Below, piece by piece: positions 36,712 through 47,597 of a DNA stretch of 64,000 bases (within the stretch, counting starts at the first letter, position 1; every line of letters begins with the position of its first letter). The DNA is taken from positions 5,577 through 69,576 of the forward strand of contig CAWJEP010000005.1 of assembly GCA_963841935.1 (NCBI GenBank). The letters are read 5' to 3'. A program made the position numbers and the translations under genes. This DNA comes from an uncultured bacterium (lineage in GTDB: Bacteria; Patescibacteriota; Minisyncoccia; Phycocordibacterales; UBA6065). The notes below the pieces were generated by a model. The model ran no database searches. It saw only the letters and a program-made list of their open reading frames with translations, and was not told the origin of the DNA.

Positions 36712-37418
36712 ATGGTGTGCGGTGGCGCTTTTAAGTTTTTAATATTTTCAAATAAGACGAGGAGAAGTATCGCGGCGGCCCAGACGAAACCGAAGACGAC
36801 GAAAACATTGGTTCCGCTTTGGTAAATTATAAAGTAGTTAAAGATTGCGTGCAATGTCGTGGCCAGAACAAGTCCGAATATTAGCGACATTATTTTCCAG
36901 AAACGGCTTCGGGCGTAAAACTCTCTGCCTATAAGATATCCGAGAGCCGCGGACGATACCACGTGGACGAGCGATGCGCCGATGAAGCGCATATTGCCGG
37001 TAATGATGCCGCCGACGATGTCACCTTGTATGATAGGACTCAATATGAAAAGGGAATTCTCCACGGCGGAAAATCCGAGAGCCGTGGTGATTAAATATTC
37101 CAAAGCGTCAATCGGTTCATGATAGTCTCTCGAGCGGATTGCCACAAGATAACAGAGAATAAATTTAATTATTTCCTCGATTGCCGCCCAAGCGATGATT
37201 GTCCAGACGCTCCAGCCCAGATATCCGAGAGCCGCTTTTTCCAGAGGATAGACTATTGCCACGCCGACCATACCGGCGAGGAAAGCGAAAAGGATTCTGC
37301 CGCGCGGCTCGGGGTGGAGTTTGTCTTCACGCAGCCAAAACCAAAGCCAAAAGAGGGCAGGCAAAAATCCTCCGATGAGAGCGTAAAAAAGCAAAAGTCC
37401 TGAAGGTTCGGCGGTCAT
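36708..37418 (-). CDS. PrsW-family intramembrane metalloprotease
   Basis: Polytopic. EEIIKF, FSAVENS and HAIFN motifs are characteristic of PrsW/CPBP-like proteases. Confidence 0.65.
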   Translation of the reverse strand: MTAEPSGLLLFYALIGGFLPALFWLWFWLREDKLHPEPRGRILFAFLAGMVGVAIVYPLEKAALGYLGWSVWTIIAWAAIEEIIKFILCYLVAIRSRDYHEPIDALEYLITTALGFSAVENSLFILSPIIQGDIVGGIITGNMRFIGASLVHVVSSAALGYLIGREFYARSRFWKIMSLIFGLVLATTLHAIFNYFIIYQSGTNVFVVFGFVWAAAILLLVLFENIKNLKAPPHTI

Positions 37419-37419
37419 A

Positions 37420-39588
37420 TTATTTTGGCCAATTTGAAATCATAAGCGGCAATTTTTCTTCGCGCGGCCTGCCTGCCGGCGAGGCAGGCAAATCTTTCCA
37501 GATTTCTTCCGTGATGAAAGGCATGAAAGGATGGAGGGCTCGGATTGAGTTTTCCAAAATATAAATAAGCATATATTTTGTCGAAACATCGCCTTTGGAA
37601 ATCTTTTCTTTGCTCACTTCGATGATTTTGTCGGCGAATTCGTGCCAGACATAAGCGTAAAGTTTTTCTCCCGCCATATAAAATCTGAAATTCTCCATAT
37701 CTTCCGTCATGTCGGCGATAATTTTTTCGAAATCGGAGATTATTTTTTTGTCGTCAGTCCGAGAGCATCGGTTTTTTCGAGTAATCCCGCAAAATTTTCC
37801 GTCGAAGTCAAAACGAAACGCGCGATGTTCCAGAGTTTGTTGCTGAAATTTTTGTAGCCTTTGATTTTGTTTTCACCGAGCTTGCTGTCGTTGCCCGGAC
37901 CCGTGCCGATGATGAGACTCATGCGCACGGCATCGGCGCCGTATTTTTTCGCCATATCCACAGGGTCGATATTGTTGCCGAGCGATTTGCTGATTTTCCT
38001 GCCTTGCTCGTCGCGCACGATGCCGTGGAGATACACTGTGTGAAAAGGTATGTCGCCGAGAAGGTAAGTGGACATGAGAATCATTCTAGCCACCCAAAAA
38101 GGCAAAATGTCGTAGCCGGTTTCTAGAATAGTGGTCGGATGATAGGTTTTTAGGTCGTCCGTTTGGTTCGGCCAGCCAAGGGTCGAAAACGTCCATAAAC
38201 CCGAAGAAAACCACGTATCTAGCGTATCCTCATCTTGAGCCCAGCCGTCGCCTGTAGGGGCATTTAAACCGCAATAGACCTCGTTTTTTCGGTACCAGAC
38301 GGGCACTTGGTGGCCAAACCATATCTGACGGCTTATACACCAATCGCGCAGGTTATAAATCCAATGCAAATAGACTTTTTCGAACCTGTCGGGAAGGATT
38401 TTTATTCCGTCTTTGAGCACGGCTTTTTTCATTAAATCCTTGAGAGAAACTTTTTTTAGACCCCTTCGGAATTTTTTGTTCACGTCGATGAACCATTGGA
38501 GTTTCGGTAAGGGTTCGAATGATGCCTCCCGTACGCTGCGCCGTCGCCACATTCTGAGGAACTTCTTCTTCTTTTTCCAAAAGTCCTTCGGCTTTCAGCC
38601 ATTCAACGACTGACGTCCGTGCGTCGACGACTTTTTTGTCTTTGAGCAATTCTGGCGACTCGACCGACATCTTGGCGAATTCATTTATGATTTGTTTGGA
38701 GGGCAAATGATGTCGCGTCGGCGATTTCGGCGTCGACGTGGCTATGCGCCGGAGTGACGCCGACCGCGCCGGTACCGAAATCTTTGTCGACTTCACGGTC
38801 GGCGACAATTTTTTATGGATTTTTTCTCCGGCAAAAACGATATCGTATTCCGTGCCCACAAATTTCGTGTATCGTGCGTCGTCGGGATGAACGGCGACAC
38901 CTGTGTCGCCGACTTTCGTCTCCGGTCTAGTGGTGGCGATGGCGACGGAAAGTCTTTCGAATATTTGAAAGTGTAAAGTTTTGCCTTTGCCTTCCGTATA
39001 AACTATTTCGTCGTCGGAAATAGTCGTCTGGCCTTTCGGATCCCAATTGACGATTCGATTTCCGCGATAAATCAAACCGTCATCGTACATTTTTTTGAAA
39101 GCAGTGCGCACGGCAAGCTCACGCTTTTCGTCGAGAGTGTAAGCTTCACGGCTCCAGTCGACGGACGCGCCGAGCTTTTTCACCTGTTCCACGATGGCAT
39201 CGTGGCTCTCCCGCGCGAATATTTCTATGCGGCGCACAAGCTCGGCGCGTCCTAGGTCATGCCTTCGTTTGCCTTCTTTTTTATAAATTTCGCTTTCCAC
39301 TTTCGATTGCGTGGCGATGGCGGCGTGGTCGGTTCCGGGAACCCAAAGAGTTTTGTATCCTCTCATTCGCGCGTAACGCACCATTATATCCTCGATGGCG
39401 AGCATGAGGGCACTTCCCATGTGGAGGATTCCCGTGACATTTGGCGGCGGCAGGACTATGGAAAAAGGTTTTTTGTGTCGTGCCGGCAAGTTGTCAGGAT
39501 TAAAATATCCGGACTTTAACCAATCGGAATAGATGGCGTCCTCGGTGGCGTTCGGGTCGTAAGGTTTGAGGTATTTTTCCGGTATCAT
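37420..39588 (-). CDS. valS: Valyl-tRNA synthetase, short form without C-terminal coiled-coil, interrupted by apparent frameshifts
   Basis: PPPNVTGILHMGSAL (HIGH region), then KISKSLGNNIDP (KMSKS) in ORF 37740-38552. Anticodon-binding tail in 37420-37710. Confidence 0.8.
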
Positions 39589-39664
39589 TATTGAAATAAT
39601 AACAAAAATAAGCCCAAAAATCACATTTGCTTTTTGTCTCGCGTTGGTATAACGTCTTTCTTAA

Positions 39665-40105
39665 ATGTTCCCCAACAAAAAGCCTTTTACCCCAGGCTTG
39701 ATGAGAAAGATTAATTTTGACCGAGGACTTTCGAGTGAGGCTTTCATACCGTGGGCTCTGGAGAACGCTGCACACCTCGTTCCAGAATGGTTTAGGCTTC
39801 CCGTCGAGCACTCGAAGATGAAACTCGATTTCAACTATGGAATTGATTACATCGTTTACACCGACATAGGAAAGATTTACCTCCAAGTGAAAAGTTCGGA
39901 GAAGCTCGCGAGCAGGTTCAGAGCCAAATACGCCCATAGCAAATATGCGAATTACACGGCCCTCGTCGTCATCGACGCGCACGTGAAGAACGCGGAGGAA
40001 ATAACCAAACGGATAGTCAGAACAGTCGAGAAAATCAGAAACAATCTTTGCGTCAAGCGCGGGCAACCGGAACTCGTCACGATGGTTCCCGAGCCGTCCA
40101 CGTAG
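39665..40105 (+). CDS. Hypothetical protein (146 aa); possible PD-(D/E)xK-like motif
   Basis: DYIVYTDIGKIYLQVKSSEK resembles a D...(E/Q)xK nuclease core. This is a weak call. Confidence 0.35.
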   Translation: MFPNKKPFTPGLMRKINFDRGLSSEAFIPWALENAAHLVPEWFRLPVEHSKMKLDFNYGIDYIVYTDIGKIYLQVKSSEKLASRFRAKYAHSKYANYTALVVIDAHVKNAEEITKRIVRTVEKIRNNLCVKRGQPELVTMVPEPST

Positions 40106-40133
40106 GACGGCTTTTTTATGTTAAAATCAAATT

Positions 40134-40752
40134 ATGAAGAAACAAGTCGTAGTCATACACGGCGGAGATATTTTCAAAACGTACAAAGAATATTTGACCG
40201 ATTTGAAATCGGAGGATATTAAGCTTGACCCGAGGGGAGAAACACAAATAGGTGGAAAAACACAATGGCCGAAAAGCTCGGCAAAAAATTCGAGGTCATA
40301 TATCCCGAAATGCCGAATCCCGACAACGCCAAATATTTGGAATGGAAAATATGGTTTGAAAAACTTTTTCCGTATCTCAGAAACGACGTCGTCTTGGTCG
40401 GCCACTCGCTCGGCGGCATATTTCTGGTGAAATATTTTTCGGAAAATAAATTCCCGAAGAGAATCGCGGCGACGATGCTCGTCGCCGCGCCCTATTTCGA
40501 CAAAACCCGCAAAGATTTGCCGAAAGATTGGATTTTACCCGCGTCGCTTTCACGATTTGAAAAACAAGGCGGAAGAATAATTCTTTATCAGAGCAAAGAC
40601 GACAAGCTCGTGTCTCTCTCATCTCAAAAAATACGTCAAAGTTTTGCCGAATGCTACGCAGAGGATTTTCAAAGACAGGGGACACTCTTTCGCCGAAAAA
40701 TTCCCGGAAATTGTGAGGGATATAAAGAAATTAAAAATTAAGAAAAAATAAA
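40134..40752 (+). CDS. Alpha/beta-hydrolase (serine hydrolase, RBBP9/YdeN-like), two apparent frameshifts
   Basis: MKKQVVVIHGG. GHSLGG nucleophile elbow. LYQSKDDKLV. The catalytic His region ...IFKDRGHSF reads in a third frame near the 3' end. Confidence 0.5.
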
Positions 40753-41073
40753 ATGACTCATCGTCTTGATTTTGGAAACGAAAAAGTAAGAAAGTTTCAT
40801 GAATATCGGATAAAAGAAGACAAAACATTTGGATGGCAGATGTTTTCGTTAGCCGCATTCTGGTTGATTCTATTTGTCCTTAACATATTTTGGTATATTC
40901 CCACTAGTTTTTTGTTCGCATGCGTATTTTTTAGTTTCTGGTTTGTGTTATGGTTCATCAATTATGAGACACAGAACACACACAATAGAATTGACATGGA
41001 GATAGATGTTTTGGAGACAAATGTGCGAGAGGATATAGAGCGGTTACAGAAGAAAATAGACAAAAGTTCTTAA
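40753..41073 (+). CDS. Hypothetical small membrane protein (2 TM + C-terminal coiled coil) in an AT-rich segment
   Basis: 106 aa. GC of the 40.75-41.28 kb segment is markedly below that of the flanks. Confidence 0.35.
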   Translation: MTHRLDFGNEKVRKFHEYRIKEDKTFGWQMFSLAAFWLILFVLNIFWYIPTSFLFACVFFSFWFVLWFINYETQNTHNRIDMEIDVLETNVREDIERLQKKIDKSS

Positions 41074-41107
41074 ACGATGACAATTCTCAATTGTACCGAG
41101 TGTTGTT

Positions 41108-41147
41108 CTTTGCGTGTAAAATTGGTACACCAATTTTACACGCAAAG
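41108..41147. repeat. Perfect 19-bp inverted repeat (palindrome) with a 2-nt spacer
   Basis: CTTTGCGTGTAAAATTGGT ac ACCAATTTTACACGCAAAG. ORF 41091-41285 across it is probably spurious. Confidence 0.7.
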
Positions 41148-41276
41148 ATAGTCGATGTCAATAGAAAAGTTGAAATTTCGAATGCCAGTAATAGTTTTGA
41201 TGTACCTGATATAAATGATTTTCTAGAAAACATACGAATATTACTTAAGTATATTATATCAGAAAATCGTAAGAAA

Positions 41277-42415
41277 TCAAAATGACATATTTCCCTCCGC
41301 GCCGAAATCTTTTTCGTTTTTTCCGCCTCCTCGGCGGATTTTGAAATAACCGGCGAGAGCAATCATCAGAGGCGTTGTCGGTCGCGTGGGACGTGTGAGG
41401 CAAATAGAGAGGAATATCGTAAGTCGCGGCGAGTTTTTGGAGGAGCGAACGGATGAAAGTATTGGCGATGACGCCACCACCGGCGACTAGTGATTCGGCG
41501 CTATATTTTTCTATGGCTTTTTCCATTTTTCCGATGATGACGTCGGTAATGGCTTCTTCTATTTCGCGGGCGTATTTTTTCATATCGTCTTGCGAAAGTT
41601 TTTTGTCTTTGGTCGCGTAAAGGACGGCGGTTTTCAGTCCCGAGAAAGAAAAGTCTAGGTTGTCGGTATCGAGCATCGGGCGAGGAAGTGGATTTTCCAA
41701 TTTCAAATTTTCTTTTCGCGCCTCTGCGGCGAGTTTGGAGATTTCCGGACCGCCCGGATAGGGAAGTCCGAGCAGGCGAGCCGATTTGTCGAAACATTCG
41801 CCGACGGCATCGTCGCGCGTCTTGCCGACGATTTCGTATTTGCCGAATTCACGCATCAAGACTATTTCCGTGTGACCGCCGGAGATGAGAAGGGCGAGAG
41901 AAGGGAATTCGCGGCACGGTGAAAGCAAAGCTTTCGCCGTGCCCGTCCGCCGATGAGGTGGACTTTTTCAAAAGAGCCGCGACAATGTGACCTTCCATAT
42001 GGTTCGCGGGAATGAGGGGAACATTCCATTTCTTCGCGAGCTCTTTTGCAAATGTGATGCCCGTCCACAGACACGGCTCTAGCCCCGGCCCCTGAGTTAC
42101 CGCTATGGCGGTCACGGGCGCGGCGGAGGAAGTGGCGGACGTCTCGCTTGTGCGCTTCGCTAAGACTACGCGCTCGCCGCCCGCCACTTCCTCCGCCGCT
42201 TTAGATAAAGCTTTTTGGAGGATCGGCTCCAAATTTTTCTCATGCTCTCTTTTCGCCAGATTGGGGAAAACACCGCCATAGGGGCGGTGAAGTTCTATTT
42301 GCGAGAGGATTTCGTTGGCGAGGATTTTCACGGACACGCCATTTTCGTTTTCCTCGATATCCAAAATGGCTATCGCCGTCTCGTCGCAAGAGGTCTCGAT
42401 TCCCAATATTTTCAT
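41277..42415 (-). CDS. tsaD: tRNA N6-adenosine threonylcarbamoyltransferase TsaD (Kae1/Gcp), interrupted by apparent frameshifts
   Basis: MKILGIETSCDETAIAIL. ISGGHTEIV (41254-41928 frame). The C-terminus LMIALAGYFKIRRGGGK is in frame 41277-41480. Confidence 0.75.
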
Positions 42416-42432
42416 AATGATATGATTATAGT

Positions 42433-44827
42433 ATGACTTCAGCTCAAGGTCTCACTTCCGCGGAAGCCAAAAAGCTTCTCGCCAAATACGGCAGAAACGA
42501 AATTTCGCGCAAAAAAGAAAGCGTTTTCTTCCAATTCCTCGGCCGTTTCAAAAATCCGCTTGTTTTAATACTTCTCGCCGCCGCTATCATTTCTTTTTTT
42601 TCCGACGACCCGACGAGCGCTTCGATTATCATCGTCATCGTGCTCGTTAGCGGCGTTCTTGGATTTCTTCAATTCTTTCAGGGCAAGCAAGGCGGCCTCC
42701 GAGCTCGCGGCAAAAGTGAAAATCACGGCCGCCGTCGTCCGTGACGGCCGCGCCAAAGAAATTCCGGTGACGGAAATAGTGGTGGGCGATATCGTCGAGC
42801 TTTCTCCGGGCGACATTGTGCCGGCGGACGGCAAAATCCTCGAGCCGGTGGATTTCTTCGTCAGTGAATCGGCACTCACCGGCGAAAGTTTCCCCGTGGA
42901 AAAAGCCGCGAAAGAAAAAGCATTTATGGGATCGTCGGTGACGACTGGCGCCGCCAAAATGAAAGTCGAATCCATCGGCAGTAACACTCGTTTCGGCGCG
43001 ATCGCCTCGGCGCTTAACGCCAAAGATATGCCGACGGAATTCGACCGAAGCATCAAATCTTTTTCCCGTCTAGTAGTTTCCGTAATGTTCGTTCTCGTGA
43101 TTTTCGTTTTTATCGTTGACGCTTTTGCCCGCCACGGCATACTCCCGTCGCTTCTTTTCGCCGCCGCGCTTGCCGTAGGACTGACGCCCGAACTTTTGCC
43201 TCTCATCATTACCCTAAATCTGACCAAGGGCTCTCTTTCGATGGCCAAGCGCGGCGTCATCGTCAAGCGTCTTTCGGCGATACAAAACTGCGGCAGTATG
43301 GATATTCTCTGCACGGACAAGACGGGAACTTTGACCGAAGACAAAATCACCCTCGTGAAATATGTCGATTCGAACGGAAAAGATTCCGATGAAGTGCTCT
43401 TTTACGCTTATCTAAACTCGATTCATAGAAGCGGACGCAAAAATCCTCTCGACGCCGCCATAAAAGAGTTTAAACGCGAGGACACGGCCGGCTGGAAAAA
43501 AATCGAGGAAATTCCTTTCGATTTCGACCGTAAGCGCGACTCCATCGTCGTCGCCCACGACTCCGAACATGTTTTGATTTCCAAAGGCGCGCCGGAAGAA
43601 ATGTCGAGAATTTCGCGCGGTTACGGCTCTCTCGCCGTGGAGGAGTATGCCAAACTTTCCAAAGACGGCTTTCGTGTTCTCGCGGTCTCGATAAAAAAAC
43701 TCAAAGCGGAGAAAAATGTTTACACCGCGGCCGACGAAAAAGAAATGACATTCGTCGGCTTCGTGGCTTTTTTCGACCCGCCAAAGAAAACCGTGCTGGA
43801 ATCTTTGCGTATGCTTGAGACTCACGGCATCGAAATCAAAATAATTACCGGCGACAACGAACTCGTGACGGAAAAAATCGCCAAAGAAATAAACCTTCCG
43901 AGCAAAGGCATCATGTCTTGGGTTCGGCATTGGAAAAAATGTCGGAAGAGGAAATTTCCAAAGCCGTGGAAAAAAATACCATTTTTGCTCGCGTCATTCC
44001 GAGCGTTAAAACCAGAATTATCCAAACTTTGCAGAGAAATGGTCACGGCGTGGGATACCTCGGCGACGGCATCAACGACGCGCCGTCTCTTAAAGCGGCG
44101 GATGTCGGCATATCGGTCGACAACGCCGTCGACGTGGCGAAAGAGAGCGCCGATTTCATTCTTCTGAAAAAAAGTCTTCACGATTTCGTCGAAGGCGTCA
44201 TCGAAGGCAGGAAAACATTCGCCAACACATTTAAATATTTGATGATGTCGCTTTCCGGCAATTTCGGAAATATGCTTTCGATGGCTGGTGCCTCGCTTTT
44301 CATTCCTTTCTTTCCGTTTCTTCCGACGCAAATACTTCTCAACAATTTGCTTTACGATTCTTCGCAATTTGCCATTCCGCTCGACGAAGTCGACGAAGAA
44401 GAATTGCGAACGCCGCGCAAATTCGACATTGGATTTCTTGAAAAAGTTTATGCTCATTTTTGGACCGATATCTTCCTTGTTCGATGTCATCACATTCGTA
44501 GTTTTGCTTTCAGTTTTCCATTTTGTCGGAGCGCAATTCCAGACCGGCTGGTTCCTCGAGTCGATGGCGACGCAAATGCTCGTGGTCTTTATCATCCGCA
44601 CCAGAAAAACGCCTTTCGCCGAAAGTCGTCCAAGCTGTATCCTTTTCGCGAGTATTATCATTGTTCTCGCAATCGGCTGGACTCTCGCTATAGCTCCGAT
44701 AGGCGCAATCTTCGGCTTCGCCCCGATTCCGCTTTCGGCAATCGTTTTCGCCTTTGTCATATCGCTCGTCTATCTTGCCGTGACGGAAATAGGGAAGAGG
44801 ATTTTCTATAGGAGGATTGTTAAGTAG
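42433..44827 (+). CDS. mgtA: P-type ATPase, MgtA-like Mg2+/cation transporter, interrupted by apparent frameshifts
   Basis: ICTDKTGTLTEDK (phosphorylation site). ITGDNELVTEKIAKE. GDGINDAPSLKAADVGI (hinge). MgtA-like C-terminal TMs. Confidence 0.8.
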
Positions 44828-44842
44828 TAAGATTTTGGCTAT

Positions 44843-44871
44843 TTGACATAAAATGTATATGGGTGTATAAT
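44843..44871 (+). promoter_or_regulatory. Consensus sigma70-type promoter (TTGACA-17-TATAAT)
   Basis: TTGACA at 44843-44848, a 17-nt spacer, TATAAT at 44866-44871. About 150 nt upstream of the ATG at 45027. Confidence 0.55.
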
Positions 44872-44906
44872 CTCAACAGGATAGAACCTTAAAAATACTT
44901 GCGAAA

Positions 44907-44955
44907 TGGTCATAGCCACAAGGTGCTTTATATAGGCATTTTCTGGCTATGACCA
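44907..44955 (+). promoter_or_regulatory. 12-bp perfect inverted repeat hairpin in the 5' leader of the orphan ORF
   Basis: TGGTCATAGCCA - 25-nt loop - TGGCTATGACCA. Confidence 0.5.
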
Positions 44956-45026
44956 CTTACGGTCCTAGTACTTGTCTCTAATAGAGGCAGGTAAATCACA
45001 ACTAGCAGTTGAAGATAAGGATTGTT

Positions 45027-45632
45027 ATGAAATACTCCGAAATGAACTGGGGAACAATGGAAGCAGTGGTAAACAAGCTCGGTGGAATGGACGGCGTTCA
45101 ACGCTTTCTGTCTGGTGAGCTCATTGTGAAGTCAGCAACACCCACCGACTTGGTTCTCAAGGTCTGGAAGACCATCAAGCTCGGCACGGGACTCAAGAAT
45201 GCCGACGCTTTCCGCAAAGCCATCAAGCAGAGCGGAATGTACCTCGGCGACTACGCGAACCAAATCATCGGCAAGTCCGCGTTCACCGCGAGCGAAACCG
45301 AAATGGACGCCAACCTCGTTGTCGTCTCCATTGGCGAGCTTGGCTTCAAGAAGGGTGCAACTCGTGGCGAAATCTACGAGCGGGCACAATCCCTTGGATT
45401 GTCGCTTTGCCCCGCAGAAGTCGGACCGCAATTGCGTTTGCAGTACACGGACCAACCGAAACGTGAATGGCTCGTCATCGGAATGGAACCCATCGCTGAC
45501 TCGGGTGGCGACCTCTTCCTGTTCGACGTGGGGCGTCGCGGCGGCGGCGGGCAGTGGCTCGGCACGTACTACGACAGGGCTGACGGCGTCTGGGGTGCTG
45601 ACTTCCGCTTCGTCTTCCTGTCTCGCAAGTAG
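45027..45632 (+). CDS. Orphan hypothetical protein (201 aa), GC3-rich codon usage
   Basis: SD-like AAGGAT 5 nt upstream of the ATG. Codon usage is biased to C-ending codons (CTC, AAG, GGC, GAC, ATC), unlike the neighbours. C-terminal Gly-rich RRGGGGQWLG. No family recognised. Confidence 0.5.
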   Translation: MKYSEMNWGTMEAVVNKLGGMDGVQRFLSGELIVKSATPTDLVLKVWKTIKLGTGLKNADAFRKAIKQSGMYLGDYANQIIGKSAFTASETEMDANLVVVSIGELGFKKGATRGEIYERAQSLGLSLCPAEVGPQLRLQYTDQPKREWLVIGMEPIADSGGDLFLFDVGRRGGGGQWLGTYYDRADGVWGADFRFVFLSRK

Positions 45633-45691
45633 TCCTCGGACCTCTGAACCTCGGGACTCCTTAGACCCTTGGAACTTTGGTCCCAATCAAA

Positions 45692-45734
45692 CCCCCTGCG
45701 TTGCCGAAAGGTAATGCACGGGGTTTTGTTTTTG
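45692..45734. terminator. Rho-independent terminator between the orphan ORF and mltG (convergent)
   Basis: CCCCCU GCGUUGCC GAAA GGUAAUGC ACGGGG followed by UUUUGUUUUUG. GNRA tetraloop. Confidence 0.6.
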
Positions 45735-45745
45735 TATAAAATATT

Positions 45746-46708
45746 TTATTTCAAATACTTAATGATATTGTTTTCCTGCTGGTCGAGCGTGTCGGCGCAG
45801 TGGATGACGCGGTTTGAATCGTGAAGATAATACAGACACGTTGTCGTGGCGGGATTTAAAGCGGCAGAAATCGCGGCCAGCCCGGATTTGAAATCGGATG
45901 CGGCGGAATGCCGGCGTTTGTATACGTATTGAAAGGCGAATCAATTTGTTTATCCGCGCTATGTAATCGGCGCCCACCAGCCAAAGGGTGTGTCGCCACG
46001 AGCGTATTGCAAGGTCGAGTCGACGTCGAGCGCCATATTTTGCAAAAGTCTATTCCACAAAATTCCCGAAATGAGCGGCATATCGGCAGTGCTTGCCGCT
46101 TCGCGCTGAATGATTGACGCGAGCGTGAGCGCCGTCGTCCATTTTATATTTTGATTCGCCGCCTCTTCCTGGTAAGGCGCGAATTTTTTATTGAATTCCG
46201 AAACAAGTTCTGTCACGACCGTTTCCGGAGTGTCGGTCGTCGGAATGAGGTAAGTGTCCGGAAAATAGACGCCCTCAATGTAGTCCGGATTTCCGTTCGT
46301 GTCCGCTAAAAATTCCGCTTCGGTAGAGCTCGACCAAGCCAAGTCCTCGGCTAGAATTCCCGCGATTTCTTCTTTGCGCAAACCTTCCGGAATGACCACC
46401 CACTTCATGCTTGGTCCCGAAATCAAGGTTTGCGCTATTGTCCAAGCGTTCATTGAACTTGAAATGTAGTAGCCGCCGGCGTTTATCGTTTTGCCGTGGT
46501 CGAATAGATGAAAATAAATATGAAAGGCGAGAGAACTTCTGACAAATCCTTGCGCCGCGAGTGAGGCGGAAATATCGCCGAGCGTTTCGCCTTTCGCCAC
46601 GGTGAATTGTTCCTCCGGCGTACCCACTCGCGGCGCGCCAAGCGTGACGAAAATAAATAAAAAAACCGCGATGATGGTCGTGCTTATGAAAATATTTTTG
46701 TTATTCAT
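45746..46708 (-). CDS. mltG: Endolytic murein transglycosylase MltG (YceG-like), apparent frameshifts in the C-terminal third
   Basis: ATG at 46708 (MNNKNIFISTTIIAVF). ORF 45959-46798 carries most of the YceG domain. The C-terminus NAGIPPHPISNPG...YYLHDSNRVIHCADTLDQ reads in another frame. Confidence 0.7.
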
Positions 46709-46714
46709 TTTTTT

Positions 46715-46804
46715 TGGCGGAGAGAGGGAGATTCGAACTCCCGATACGGTTTCCCGTATGCCGGTTTTCGAAACCGGTGCCTTCAACCACTCAGCCATCT
46801 CTCC
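46715..46804 (-). tRNA. tRNA-Ser (anticodon CGA)
   Basis: GGAGAGA acceptor. Anticodon loop UUCGAAA. Long variable arm GCAUACGGGAAACCGUAUC. CCA encoded. Confidence 0.75.
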
Positions 46805-46870
46805 AGATTGTTTACATTACCATTTTTTGAATTTTTTTCAAAAAAATGATAGATTATTCTCCGTCGGTGC

Positions 46871-46942
46871 GGCCCTATCGTCTAATGGTTAGGACAGCGG
46901 GTTTTCAATCCGTTAATCAGAGTTCGATTCTCTGTAGGGTCA
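46871..46942 (+). tRNA. tRNA-Glu (anticodon UUC)
   Basis: GGCCCTA/TAGGGTC acceptor. Anticodon loop UUUUCAA. T-arm CAGAG-TTCGATT-CTCTG. Hand fold. Confidence 0.65.
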
Positions 46943-46966
46943 AAAATTTTTGGTATAATATCAAAT

Positions 46967-47416
46967 ATGAGTCCACTAGATTTTCTCATCGTAAATCTCG
47001 CCATAGGTTTTTATAATGTCGGCACTATTTGGGCCAATGAAGTCGATATTTTTCGCTCGTGGAAACTTATCGGGAAGAACGAGTTTCCAAAAATTCAGGC
47101 TGCGCATTGGAAGAAACTCGTGTACTGGGTTTTGATTCCTTGGACATTGGAACTTGCCGGTTCCACGGCACTCATTTGGTATCATCCCGGCAACTCGCCG
47201 CTGTGGGCGATTTACGGCGGAGTCACTTGTCTCTGGCTCTCTCTAATTCTTACTATTTTTATGTGGGGCAAGTGGCAAGGAAAATTGTCGCGCGATCCGC
47301 TTGGCTCCGAGAGTCCGTACCTAGCGAAAATTTTGAAAACTCACTGGATACGCGTCGTCCTCATAAACGCTTACGCCTTTATCCTACTCGCGTGGGTGTT
47401 GCGATTGGTCGGGTAG
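46967..47416 (+). CDS. Hypothetical membrane protein (4 TM)
   Basis: 149 aa. Hydrophobic segments. Lies between tRNA-Glu and tRNA-Val. Confidence 0.4.
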   Translation: MSPLDFLIVNLAIGFYNVGTIWANEVDIFRSWKLIGKNEFPKIQAAHWKKLVYWVLIPWTLELAGSTALIWYHPGNSPLWAIYGGVTCLWLSLILTIFMWGKWQGKLSRDPLGSESPYLAKILKTHWIRVVLINAYAFILLAWVLRLVG

Positions 47417-47507
47417 TTTTTTCTTGAGTTTAGTGTCATTTTTTGGTATTGTTTTTCTTGCGCGCGGTTAGCTGTTTTGGTAGATATGCATCAAAACGGA
47501 AAAATAC

Positions 47508-47580
47508 TGCGGAGCATGCGCGGTTAGCTCAGTTGGTAGAGCATTCGATTGACGTTCGAAGGGTCATAGGTTCAAGTCCT
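47508..47580 (+). tRNA. tRNA-Val (anticodon GAC)
   Basis: GCGCGGT/ACCGCGC acceptor. Anticodon loop UUGACGU. T-arm AUAGG-TTCAAGT-CCUAU. Confidence 0.75.
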
Positions 47581-47597
47581 ATACCGCGCACAAGAAT

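Noticed and set aside
45132-45714. Long ORFs on the minus strand (45132-45686) and in an alternate plus frame (45199-45714) over the orphan gene
   Set aside because: They are a by-product of the GC-rich sequence, which stays open in several frames. They have low-complexity Ala/Arg/Pro-rich translations, no start context, and only the 45027 frame has an SD, a promoter and a terminator.
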